This document shows, in pieces, positions 39,401 through 51,587 of a stretch of 64,000 bases of DNA (positions within the stretch are counted from its first letter, which is position 1; each line of letters starts with the position of its first letter). Location of the stretch: contig NC_058368.1 in the NCBI RefSeq assembly GCF_018350175.1, positions 214,708,001 to 214,772,000 on the forward strand. Reading direction: 5' to 3'. The notes under the pieces were generated by a model, which saw only the letters and a program-made list of their open reading frames with translations, searched no databases and had not been told where the DNA came from. Both the position numbers and the translations under genes were made by a program. Source of the stretch: Felis catus. Its lineage: Eukaryota.

Positions 39401-39550
39401 ACCTGTCTATGCTTGGCTCCAGAGAGTCCATTCTGCTAGTCTTCTGGTGGTTTTCTTGGTTATTTAGGCAGATGTGGGTGTAATCTAAGCGATCAGAAGG
39501 ACGAGGTGAGCCCATTGTCCTCCTACGACGCCATCTTTAGCAATCCCCTC
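33485..39550 (-). mobile_element. Full-length, inactivated felid L1 (5'UTR ~38615-39550; ORF1 ~37812-38614; ORF2 ~33713-37743; 3'UTR and poly(A))
   Basis: 5' end aagatggcgtcgtaggagg; ORF1 pieces KNSPQNKLQE and DLSTETWQARKEWQEIF..ALQEILRGIL; ORF2 EN (SIITLNVNGLNAP, SSAHGTFSKIDHILGHK), RT ([24 protein letters not shown]) and Cys domain; 12-bp TSD tgttttactaat at 33473-33484 and 39551-39562; several frameshifts. Confidence 0.97.
35896..36107 (-). mobile_element. Young SINEC_Fc-like SINE inserted into L1 ORF2 (RT region)
   Basis: CpG-rich copy; exact 18-bp TSD tcgatttgctagtatctt at 35878-35895 and 36108-36125. Confidence 0.97.
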
Positions 39551-39642
39551 TGTTTTACTAATGTTAACTGAAAATTAACTTCATTCATGATGGCTTTCCT
39601 TTTTATAAAAATACTTCTGTCAATTGATTCTTTTTGCAGGTC

Positions 39643-39662
39643 TTTTTTTTTTTTTTAAGATT

Positions 39663-39693
<31 letters not shown>

Positions 39694-39796
39694 TTTCTTA
39701 TTTATTTTTAATAAATAAAACTCAAACTCACAGACCGTGAGATCATGACCTGAGCCGAAGTCAGACGCTCAACCGACTGTGCCACCCAGGTACCCC
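39643..39796 (-). mobile_element. Rearranged CanSINE: tRNA head (39721-39796) next to a T/(TTTA)n tract, body missing
   Basis: ctcaaactcacagaccgtgagatcatgacctgagccgaagtcagacgctcaaccgactgtgccacccagg abuts ataaataaaa and (TTTA)n. Confidence 0.85.
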
Positions 39797-40119
39797 AAAA
39801 ATAAAGAGGTTTTAAAATGTAGCAGTAGCACAGCAGAAGGCGTGTAGAAGAAGAATGATGGAGGAGAGGAATTGCAGCCGGAATATGGAGTCTGCTTAGC
39901 AAAATCCACATGGGCTCCTGATTCAATGGGTAATGGAAGGTAGCAGTGAGAAGATAGGCGAGAAATAGGAGACTAAGGGAGGATACCAACACAAAATAGT
40001 TGACTCTCCAAGCACTACATGTGAAAAGAATAGAAGCTAGATATTTACAGGCAAATAATAATAAAAATTCAAATGTGCATATATTAAAAAGATATTTCTG
40101 ACAAAAAATATAAGCATTG

Positions 40120-40180
40120 AACTGAAACTAATATTACACTGTATGTTAATTAGCTGGAATTTAAATTAAAAAAAAAAACA
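40120..40180 (+). mobile_element. Very short carnivore L1 3' terminus
   Basis: ctgaaactaatattacactgtatgttaattagctggaatttaaattaaaaaaaa matches the L1 ends at ~24710-24750 and 59411-59460. Confidence 0.75.
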
Positions 40181-40369
40181 AGCAACTATGACATGACACT
40201 TTGCCCGTGTGGGTATTTGTGCTATAAATTAAAACCTCTGTATTCCATTTGGGATCAGCTGCCTAACACCTGTCCTGATGCACTTCCTGCCAGTCAACAA
40301 CGCCCACTCAGACACTGAAATATACCAGCAGCCTTTCTGTTGCCTCATTCTTAAATTTGAATGAATTTT

Positions 40370-41085
40370 AAAAATCTACAAAATATTTGAAGAAAAAATA
40401 AAAGATCAGCATAATCTGGAAACCAGCCCTAGTGCAGACAGAGATAATTAAGAGAACAGAAATAAACTTAAAAAAAAATATCTCATGATCTCAGTGAAAT
40501 TTGAGATGCTATTTTTTTGGAGAAACACAAATATTAAAAATAATCCATATAAAATGTAGTATAACTAAGTTATTAACTCATTATATGTATGATAATACCA
40601 GAAATACAAAATACTAAACAAATTTTTCAAGAAAGGAAATGTAATCATAACACATTGCCTGACAGTACATTAAACAATAATTATAAAGTCACAAGAATGC
40701 ATATTCTGGCTTACTGAGTTTTCAACATTTAAGACCAACAAAAGAACAAGGAGACATTCTAATTATGATTATGCAGCAGAGTATAAGTTCTGCCGCTGAT
40801 GTAAAATGATAACAGAAAAGATATATTTCCTAACACCTTAATTTTATCAAGGGTCTACTACAATGGAACATCCAGACAGGGCTATATCAGCATATTATTT
40901 AGATATTCAAAAATAGCTATCAGAAAAATGAAAACATGTAAACAGTTAATAGTAATTCTTCAAGTGAGAGTAACAGAGGGTGAGCAGTGGAGAAGGAGGG
41001 AAACCATTGGTTTTTGAGCCCATAGGATTTTAAATTATGAGAATGTATTATTTTAATAAGAATAATAAATCAAACTTAGATTAAA
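40370..41085 (+). mobile_element. HAL1/old L1-like relic
   Basis: A-rich degenerate sequence (agagaacagaa..atctcagtgaaatttgag; catattatttagatat..; ttttaaattatgagaatgtattattttaataa) resembling the recalled HAL1 consensus. Confidence 0.45.
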
Positions 41086-42864
41086 ATATGGATCATCTCT
41101 CAAAAGACTTTGGAAAGATATATAAGAAGTCTTCATATATTTTCCTTTTAGAGGTTGAAATTGTTTAATTCCATCTTTCTAATTTAAAATTTAGGAAGGT
41201 TCATACACTGTGAATTTTGAGTACAGATATATTCCCTAACTATTTTTTTGTATCCTCAGCCTCTAGTACATACTTTGTATAGCACAGGTACTCAAATGTT
41301 GGTACTTCCCATAGAAACAAGCACTCAAATGTTGGTAATGCATCAGAAAAACATGATTAATTGAGATCACATTAATATTCATTAAAATCTATTTACTAAA
41401 TTAATAATAAGATAGTTGGAGAAAGATGACTGAAGTGTGTACTGTGTTCTTCTGTGTAAAGTTCTCTCCTTGCAAACAGGCATATGCACCACACACATAT
41501 TTATTCACACTGAAATATGTATTATGTGTGGATATTGATTTATATATTTTCTTTATGTATTAACATCAGTCATTGATTTTTTTTAATTCAAAAGATAATT
41601 GAGCTTTCTATAGAAAATATGTGGAATTTCATGAGCTCTCAATCATGCAAGTTAAAAATGTTATCTGAAGTTTACCTAAATCAATTATTGGCATTGATAC
41701 CTTACTTTAAGTAGAGACAAATGAATGCATCAGTAATGATTCCAAACAAGAAGTCTTAAACATAGCCTGGGTCTTCTCAGAAAATTTGGTTATTTTTATT
41801 TTTTGCATGCTTAATAATGTACACTAATCAGATTTTTTTCAAGCTTTGAAAAGAGTAAACATACGCTTATTCTTTTATTTTGCTCTTTTTCAGGGAATGC
41901 TTATCTTAGTCACAATTAACCTGGATCACTGGTTTGTTTCCTTGTGAATCCTGAAGAGGAATTATCATAGTCTTCCTGGACTATTATCTTTGTATTGTCT
42001 ATTATTAGAGGTCCAGACTTGCCAAATATTAAGCCATCCTTTATTAGGATGGTAAGCAGATTTCCATATGTGAAATGAATCATAGGTACTTCTGTCTTTT
42101 AATGAAAATACTGTATTTGCCCAGGATCCCACCAGTAGAACATGTTTTAACATGTGAGATTAGGAAAGAAGCAAGAACATACTGTCAAGATTTAAGGGAA
42201 AAATAATTTTCTCACTAAGCCATCAAAACCTAGGAGAGTATTGTTTGATAGAATGTGCATGCAAATAAGGTCACTTGCTCATAACTTTTATTTTTCCTGA
42301 GGGCTGCTTGCTTGACTTCTAATTCTGTATCCCTACAAGACTGTGACTTTCTGAGGGGAATTTCTGCCTCTTGTTTCATGGAAAGATTGAGGTAGCAAAA
42401 TAGTTTGTAATAAGAGAGAATTCAACCTTTGCCCTGAACACAAAATAAACCTTCCGCATACTTTCCAAAGCTCAGCAAAACTTGGATACATTGTTTAGAA
42501 GTGTGTGTATAGGTGAAACTCCATAACTTTTAATTCTGTCAGGGTCTGGAGACAATCAATGTGAAAAATGAGCAGAAAACAATTCTAGAAGAAATTTTTA
42601 ATCTCTCTAGATGTAAGAATGAATACATGAACAGTGTCTGAACTCGTGTTTGGATTAAATAATATTCTTCTGATTTGTTCCATATTTAATAAGAGAGGTA
42701 AATAACTCAGAACACAATGCCAACTTTTCCTTTCAACCCCAAGATCCTTTGAGGATATGTGCAAAGTGGTTACATTCTTTTAAATTTCTATTTATTAAAC
42801 AAACTTAAATTGAAGTACTCACGTCTATTCTTATTAAAAGCTACGAATAGAAAAAAAATGTCCA

Positions 42865-43030
42865 GGGGTGCCTGAGTGGCTCAGTCAGTTGGGCGTTGGA
42901 CTTTGGGTCAGATCATGATCCCACGGCTTGTGAGGTTGAGGCCCTTGTCAGGCTCTGTGCTGACAGCTCAGAGCCTGGAGCCTATTATTTCCAATTCTGT
43001 GTCTCCCTCTCTCTCTCTGCCCTTCTTCCT
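42865..43030 (+). mobile_element. CanSINE, 3'-truncated (no A tail)
   Basis: ggggtgcctgagtggctcagtcagt head through ctctctgccc, followed by (TTGATTTA)n. Confidence 0.9.
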
Positions 43031-43094
43031 TTTAATTGATTTATTGATTTATTGATTTATTGATAACCTTTTAATTGATTTATTTAATTATTTT

Positions 43095-43830
43095 CATTGT
43101 ACTCGTTGGAATTTGAAATCTCCATCTTAGTCTTTGTTTCTATTTGTTTCTTGAAATCTACCATCTTAGTCTTTGTTTTCTATTTGTCTCATTTATTATT
43201 TAATTCTTATTTCCTCTTTGCCTTCATTCATTTTTTGTCATTTCTGGATCTGTCTGGTATTTTCCCCCTTGATGATTATGGGTCATGTTTGTTTTTTTGT
43301 TTTTGTTCATCTGGTATTTTTTATTGGCGTATTGCCATTATGTACTTTATATTGTTGAATGTGCATGGTTTTGTTGTTGTTGTTGTTTTGTTTTGTTTTC
43401 CTTTAAAGAGTCTTAGACTTTGTTCTTGCATTTAGTTAGGTTATTTGTAGCAAGTCTGATCCTTTTAACATTTTTTTAAGCTATTAAAAGATGGTCTGTT
43501 ATAACCTTTACGCTAGGTTAATTTAGCCCCAGAACTAAGGCCTGGCCTTTCTGTCATCTTGCAGTCAACAAGGTTTCTAGTTGAAGCCTTGGCTAGTGAG
43601 AATTTAAAGACTCATTGGCTTTTAGAGTAGTCCTGTAAATTATTCAACTTATAGCTCTCCTATAATTGTCCTTTCCTTGAAAGTTGTTCATTGTTCAGCA
43701 TAATGGGATTTTACTGGAATGTACAGATTGTTACTCAACGAAAGATTCAAGGAGGATCCTGTGAATATTATAGAGGGCTCTCCCTGAAAACTCCTCCTTT
43801 GCACTCTTACAGTCCTACAAATTCTGCACA
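43095..43830 (-). mobile_element. Old L1 internal fragments
   Basis: T-rich degenerate L1M-like text: ccatcttagtctttgttttctatttgtctc; cctttaaagagtcttagactttgttct..gttaggttatttg; aatttagccccagaactaagg. Confidence 0.5.
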
Positions 43831-43859
43831 TTGAATATTATTGTCTTAAGTGACTATTT

Positions 43860-45435
43860 AAACATTCTCCTTTTTCTCCATGCCTTTTGTCAATTATCTT
43901 CTCTTCATTACCAGCTGCTGTCTTTGTTTTCTAGATTATTGAGAAAACTTGAACAATAAGAAGGTAACTTTGGTAAGCTTTTATGACCACAATTGCCTGT
44001 ACTTAGGCGTCTGAACACATGTGCATTGTCTTCTGTCTTATTACCTTGAATGAGTGGTCTATGCTATTCACAATGATATATGGCTGCACGTGTGCAGTAG
44101 GAGCCATCTACTCTCACTTACTCAAGGACATTGCTCCAGTAACTGTTCCGTCTTTCTCTTGATTCAGCAGTGCCTTTTTTCCCGGCATACCATATCCTAC
44201 ACTTAAAAACAAAGCAACCCATGCCCCTCCCATCAGTCCACAACCATCTCCATCAATTGCTCCCATTTCCCTGCTTCTCTGTATAAGTAAATTCCTCAAA
44301 AGGTAATCTGTACTCCTCTTTATTTCCTCCTGTCTCACTTTCCTTTGAATTTAGTCTAATCAAACTTTTGTCTTTACCATTCCATTGAAACAGTTTTTGT
44401 CAAGTCACCAGTAACCTCAAAATTGCCACAGCGAATCTAATGCATGTGAGGGTAGCCTAAACCCTGAGCCCACGGTATTCATCAGTTATCAGAATTTGCA
44501 GTAATTGATCAGCCTCTTTTTTCTTGATACACTTCCTTCACTTGGCCCCCAAGACAGTTTTCTGTAGGCCTTTACCCTACCTCGCCACCTGCTCCTACTG
44601 GGTCTCCTTTGCTGATCTCTCCCCTGCAACTCTTCACCCTTAGAATGATCCACGGCTTATTTCTTGAAGCTCTTCTCTATATTTACTCTCTAAATTGTAT
44701 CATCCTATTTCATGGCTATGTATTCTATTTACGAGCTGATGGCCCCCAAATTTATATCTCAAAGCCAGACTACTCGCTAAGTTCCAGGCTTATATGAAGC
44801 TGACTATCTAAAAGATTTATTTGGATGTATAATAAATATCTCATAATTAACATGTTTGAAATCAAAGTCCTGATGTTGCTTCCAGACCTCCTTCTCTCTT
44901 CTTATCACCTCAACATTCAACACTCCCAGCTCCTGAGACCAAGAGCCTGGAAGCAGCCTTGACTTTCCTCTTTTCCTCGCTATGTATCCAGTTCATCTAC
45001 AAATTCTGATGCTTCTGCCTTCAGAATATACCTCAAGTCTATCTCTTTTCTGCTGCTTGTGCTGCCACTTCTCTGGAAAGGCTATCACAATTTCTTCTAC
45101 TCCACTGAAATAGAGCCTAACCAGTTTCCATGCCTCTTTGTCTCACTCCTCCTTTGCTGCTACTTTCCACATTACAACCAGAGATGCACCTTCTAAATGA
45201 GGCCATCTTTCTGTTGTATCGGTCCAATATCTTTCCTCCGTATTGAGAGTAAAAACCCAATTTAGTGTACGTGTTACCTCTTGTTCTTTTCTCCTGTCAC
45301 TTCCCTTTGATTGTTCCTTTCTATCCACAAGCTCACCTCCTTGATGTTTACCAAACATACACTCCTGTCAGCACCGAATATTCTCTCTGCTGGCCTTATT
45401 AGGCACACAGTAAATACTGACTAATTGAAAGAACT
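43860..45435 (+). mobile_element. L2 LINE (L2a-like) 3' part
   Basis: ctctcacttactcaaggacattgctccag; ccattccattgaaacag..tgtcaagtcaccagtaacctc; acacttccttcacttggc; gctgatggcccccaaatttatatctc; terminus taggcacacagtaaata..tgaa. Confidence 0.8.
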
Positions 45436-47204
45436 AAAGTAGGTGGAGTATATAACTTGGCTAATAAAGCACCCCAAGTTTAAGGCAGAATAAGGACTAG
45501 TAATCTCTTTCTACAGTATTTTTCTCTAGATACCCCAAATTTAAAATTCAAACAATGAATATATTTTCACAGTAGAAACATGTTATATATTCAGACAGAC
45601 ATGGGTTTTATATTTTGACTTTCTGATTAATTCTGCCTTACAACCTATTTATTCTCAAATCCTATCTGTATAGTTTTAGTATTTTTGAAAAAATGTCTTA
45701 TGTGATCATGGATGCTACTAAAGATCTTTCCATAGATTCCTCTTGATTGTAGGGAGAAATTTAAATTGTCCTAGTTTCTTATTAAAATAAGAAACAATAA
45801 AACAATCTGGCTGTCTAAAGTTTTACTCAGAAAAATACGCTAAAGGGAAGTATATGTAGATGATTTACAACATAGGATTAAATTCTAAAGAAACATATTC
45901 AACATGACTAGCATAATTTTGGCACATAAGCAAGGTGATGTTTTATTCTTTAACTTCTATAAAGAGTTAGCAATGAATTTCTGTTCATTTGGATGGTACC
46001 ACAATTATATCATTGAGCAGTTCTTCCTAATTCCATATCACCAGCTGAAAAGAACAAATTGTATTTCAGTGAGAAAGAAATAGCTACACCCTTCCTCAAT
46101 TCTGCCATAATTCAATTTCCTCTGCTGGCTGCTCTAGTCCACTCCTGACTGATGGTAGGCAGCAACATATGGCGACATTGAGAGAATTTATAAAATAACT
46201 CTGCTAATGGTAACAAACAAATAAACAATCAGGAAGACCCAACAGTCAGGGAGAATTAATAAAGCTGGCAAATGCTTGGTTAGTAGAGCTTCTCACAGGG
46301 AACAAAGCCAAGTGTCTGCACATATCTTGGTTGAGCTTTCTCTCATCAGGCAGAGCATATTAATTTCCAGGGCTGCACTCAATTTAATATAGTTGGAAAT
46401 ATAAGCACTTATTACTAAGGCCTCCATATTTCTTTTGCTCTGAGTGATTTCCCAAAATTGAACTCCCAAAAACCAAATACATAAACTATGATACTCTTAG
46501 CAGAATGCAAAATCTAATTATTTCGTATTGCAATGCAACAAACAACTAACAATAACAAAAAATGGACAATCCTTGCCCAAGCATTTTGAGGTTGAATGAC
46601 TAGAATGTGCCTTCTATGTCTTATTAACAGTAAGTCATTTTAGACTTCTAATGGTTCTATTATACAGTAAAAATAAGTGTATGCTTTGAAAATTAATTTG
46701 CTTATACCAAACTAGTTTCTACGTTCCTCTCTCTGTCTTTTTAGTGACAAGTACTCCTTTAAGTTTTTTTTTCAATTTCTGTTATCATAATACTTAGGAA
46801 AAAGATTAAAATTTTCCTAATCAAAAAATACAAGAAAACAAAGGAAAATATTATTTTAGAAGAATAGATTTTCCTTCTTTGGTTATGTGCCTTCACTTTT
46901 AACTTTGTCTACTTCTTCTAGACTTTACAGGTTAAGAAAATGTCTTATCTTTTTGTCTCAAACTAGAATTTTCAGCTCAAACACACCATATAGATCTATT
47001 TCCTTTTCCAAATTGTGATGCTTATTCTCATGTGGTTCTTTGCAATGTGGAGTTGTTTGTTCTGGGTTTCTAGGTTTTTAATGTAGTTTGAGTCTATTTA
47101 AAATTATCAAAGTTTCAGATTTTATACTTCAATGAATATCTTCATGTTTTTTCTTTGTAAGATATGAACTTACTTCCTCCTTCTATGATGAGGGAAAGGA
47201 TTAT

Positions 47205-47485
47205 CAATTGTTCTCAAACTTAAGTTCAGATGCTAATCACCAAGGGGAATTTATTTTTTTAATTTTTAATTTTTACTTATTTATTTTTTACCAAGGGGAA
47301 TTTAAAACAACAGCAATAACAACATCAGCAGCAAAACAAACTAAAATTGAACTCTAGATAAATAGTAGTAGACTTCAGACAAGTGAAAATTGTAATCTTT
47401 GAGACTGACGTCCAGGTAGCAGCATTTATTTTGAAGTTTATAGGTGACTCAAGGGTTAAAGCACAGCGAGGGTTAAAACCACTGA
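47205..47485 (+). mobile_element. MER5-like hAT relic carrying a tail-only retroinsertion
   Basis: caattgttctcaaactt..aatcaccaaggggaattt..aggtgactc..gcacagcgagggttaaaaccactg (TIR-like ends). Confidence 0.55.
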
Positions 47486-48683
47486 GTGGGAGGTTGTGTG
47501 ATGTTACAGCCTAAGCTTACCATCCCTTTGTGTGTCACCTATGAGGTGACAGAGTTTGGGGCTTCTCAAACTTCAAGCTTCTCACAGTACAAGTTGTGAG
47601 AAACCCAAAGCTTCCTAGCTTCCAGCTTGGATTTCCTCATTAGTTTTTCCCCATTTCCTTCCAGCTGGGGAGGAGTGTGTTAAGGCAAACCAAATAAATT
47701 CACCAACATTCAAAGGGATCGCTGGATGAATGTTCCAAAGTTTTAGTCTTAGCACATCTGGAGCTTTGAGCTGAATGATTTGAATCTTGGAAGGAATTTA
47801 ATCCTGGGTAGCATTCCACTTCAATTATCTCTCTTATGTATTATACTTCAGGCTCCTCTGTTCAACAACAATCTCCTCTAGTCTTATCGTATATTGACTT
47901 GTCTTTCATTATCAGCAGGATAAACTATAAGGGCAAGAGTTTTGAGGAAAGAAAGACCTGTTTGTGATTTCTTTTTTTCCCCCTGAAATGTGCTTTCTAG
48001 CTTTGTAGAAGAGGTAGCAGTACCTTTTCCTGGGATCGCTTCAAGGACAACACAAAGCCATGCATGTGAGATGCCTGGTATAGAGTTTGATATGTAAAAA
48101 TGACTATCCTTTCTAATCTGCTGCACACTCATGCATCCCCAAGAATATAGGCCCTTTTGTAAGCTGACTTCCCCATCCTGAACCTTTTTTGTCTCCACCC
48201 CCCAACCCCCACCATAGACTCTTCATAATCCTGGCTGCCACTAAAATCAGATTCTTCTCTAAAATCGCAGTTTCCCTGTGGTCTTCCTAAGTGGCGATGC
48301 TCAAGTTCCCATATCCCCTCTATTATTTTCATATTACATCTCCTTGAATAAATATGTAAGCATATTAGAAAATTTATGATACTTCAAAACAATGCAATTG
48401 AAATTACTAAATGTATTTGGATCACTAACTCTTTTTCTAGGCACGTGTTCTGTGCCCAGAGGTGATGCTTGCAATCTAGAAGTTGGCCCAAGGACTAAAG
48501 CACTGTAAATGGTCAGCACTCAGATACAGCTGGTGGTTGCAGTGTTACTGATTATATTCTGCCTAAAACCTAAATATGCTTTTGTCCATGCCTAGATTTA
48601 AGTGGATTTCCTAACCAGCCAGAAAGACCCTTACTGATGCTATGGATTTATGTACTAATAGGATTTACCACTTGCCCCAAATT

Positions 48684-48725
48684 AAAAACAAAACAAAACA
48701 AAACAAAACAAAACAAAATAAAAAA
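48684..48725. repeat. (AAAAC)n pentanucleotide repeat
   Basis: AAAAC run read directly from the sequence. Confidence 0.93.
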
Positions 48726-50971
48726 CTGATTCATTCTCAGATCATTAAAGCTGTTACGGGTTGAGATAGCATGTTCTACTTCATGGTATATCCCGTGCAG
48801 AAAGGTGGGCCAAAGGACAGCTGAGGGTGCCCAGGGCGAATCTCTCTAGGAAGTAATTCTGCAATGAAGAGAAAAGCTGACTGTACCCTGAGTCGGAAAC
48901 CTTACAATTAGGTCTGGTATGTCCATTACCTGGCTATGATGACTCAAATCTGTTTGTTAACTCTGAAGGCCAGACAGTTCTCATCTGTAAGCATTCATGT
49001 AATGTGTGCCTTGTGCCCTAAATTCCATTAAACACTAGAAAGTATAGCTATAAAGTTTAAGGGGTTTATGATTTAACTGGAGGGAGACCTTCAGACATGA
49101 CAAAGGACAAAATAAAATGGTATACTTTCATTCTACTTATTTGCTTATAAACTAAGTATTATTGAAAAAGCACAAAGAGAGCAACATCGTTGTTAGCAGC
49201 TGTCGTCAGTGACGACCCACATACCACTACAAAAGATTGTTGGGAGAATTAAGTTGAACAAAGGGTTGCTATGGATTTTAAAGTGTAGATGTTCAAAATG
49301 AAGTGTAAGATATCTTTGTAAACATAGTTATATGATTAAATGCTGTTTTTCGATGAAACCAGAAATCTATTGCTGAGATTTTTATGTTAGAGCCACAGTT
49401 ATTTCCTTTGAATTGAAAACATATAAGAGTAAATTCACCAATGAATCAGTGTGCCTTTTGTTCTCTGAAATAATCACCTAGAAAGCAGGTGGCCTTTATG
49501 GGGCTTTATGGTTTCTTCCAGTGTTATGTGATGTGCTGTCATCGTTCACTGTCTATTGCCACAAATCCATTCAGATTTAGTTTCTTTGGTATAAAATTTT
49601 TTATCTTTTCCATTAAACAGCAAAGGTCATTTGACAACAAAATTTTGGACAATGCCCAAATATAATTCCAGGCAAATTACCAACATTATGGGCGAGGCAC
49701 TGAGGGTCTGCAGATCCTTCATAAATGGTCAAAGTCAGATCTGTGATGGAATTGATTAATAGTTTGCATTTGCATAGGATCTTCAAGGCTGTAAATGCAC
49801 AGAGTTTGCAAACTTTGCCTGTCATGAAGGTGAAGAACAGACCCGAAACATAACAACCATATGCTGGCACATAGGGATTTGTTAGACTGAAGTGTTACAT
49901 TTAATTGAAAATATAAGAGAATGTTAAGTAAGAAGAGTGCAATTATGTGAACTGGAATAGTGCCAGGCCTCTTTTTCTGTCCTGGGGGCATTATGGACTC
50001 CCGAGAAGTGGCCAGATTGTCAGTGCTGAGGCTTACGTGTGAAGGACACCACGGGAGCAACTAGTCACAGGGGACAGTTATAAAGCGAGAGTGGGGATTT
50101 TATTTCTTACAGTGAGATGGCCCTCATCTAGATGACAATACAATCCATAGGGTGGAGTGACCTAGAGAAAAGATCCCTGTGTGAGCACTCTTTCCATTGT
50201 ATTCTTTCATTCGAAATCTCAGAACTGACTATGAAATTTGGCTTAAATTTTACAAACTGAAGTATTGCCCAAATAAAAATAATATAATGTGGGATTAAGG
50301 AGAGAATTCTGGAGTACTAACCACTTCCAATGAACTATACATATTTCCAACTAGCTGCATATATTTTAGAGGCGAATTACTCAGGAGACAGGACAGATAA
50401 GTTCACTTTATATTTTGGAGCTGAAGAAAATACATATGAAAGAATAAAGAAAAAGGGTACGGCTATAAAGAAATACTTCATGTAGACCATGATCCCAAAG
50501 GCAGCTTTACTGTTAATATTTTCATAGCATTTTTCCATTTTAACTTTAACATTTATTTTTACATACTAATGTTTCCTTTCTCAGCTCTTTGATATGGCAG
50601 CTTGACATGAGTGTACATGTACTGCTGAAAATGATGGCACTGATATAGTTTTATATTTTATTTCCATTCCAATCATAAAGAAGCAGTGGAAACAAGAAAT
50701 GAACTGACTGGCCAGTGGCAGTGCTATGTCGAGAACCTTAGGCTTGGATGAGAACCCTAGGGTCGGACTAGGGTACCTTTTTTCCTGCACATTCCTTTTC
50801 AAATGTTGTTGTGTTGAGAGCTCCTGTCTCCTTTGAGAATTCTTTACATTCTCAGGTGTACCTTCAAGACACAGCTTCTCATCTCCCAACTTTTTATCTT
50901 TATGCTAGAGCACTGATTGGAGTCCTTCATGAATACTCTTCTTATTTCTTGCTTATGCCTTATTGCTGTTG

Positions 50972-51271
50972 CAGCCCTAACCCGCATTTTGACTTTATTC
51001 TGAGATAAGGTGTTTAGGAAGTAAATAAGGTTAAATAAAATCATAAGGTGGGGTCCCAATTCCATAGGACAGTAGAGTACTCAGAGGAAAAATCATTTGG
51101 AGATCAAGAGGCCATCTGCAAGCCCGGAAGAGAGCTCTTACCAGAAGGTGATCCCTTGCCAGAATATTGATCTTGGACTTTCCATCCTCCAGAATTATGA
51201 AAAAGTAAATGTCTGTTGTGGAAGCCACAGTCTGTGGTGTTTTGTTATGGTGGTTCGAGCAGACTAGGACA
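50972..51271 (+). mobile_element. MLT1A-like MaLR LTR
   Basis: aaggttaaataaaatcataaggtggggtcc; ggccatctgcaagcc; ttgatcttggactttccatcctccagaa; aagccacagtctgtggtgttttgttatgg..gcagactaggaca. Confidence 0.85.
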
Positions 51272-51587
51272 CTTGTGTCACACACATTTTCCTTCCCCAC
51301 CTTATCCTCAACCCCAACTGTGCCTATTTCCAAAACCAGAGATTGCGTTATCCTGGAAAATTGCTAATTAGAAGCAAAAATCCCAATCAAGATGCGAACT
51401 CTTAGAGGCAGAATTTTCACCACAGTGTTTACTTCTTGGTCGAACTTATATGACCTAAAAAACTTAGCATTTTTCTGCGTATTGGGTCATAGGATTTCAG
51501 TGTTGGGAAAGAAATAGAATGCAGGTGGGTTCTAGAAACTGCAAGAAATCTAAGAAGGGCGTAGTCCATACTGTGACAGAAATCGTG

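Noticed and set aside
38486..39515. GC-rich region with several ORFs as a CpG-island gene promoter
   Set aside because: It is the 5'UTR of the full-length L1.
43030..43190. Short direct repeats as a CRISPR-like array
   Set aside because: Eukaryotic context, no unique spacers and only two to four degenerate units.
49613..50060. Overlapping 85-aa and 113-aa ORFs
   Set aside because: Non-ATG starts and no homology I can recognise; treated as non-coding.
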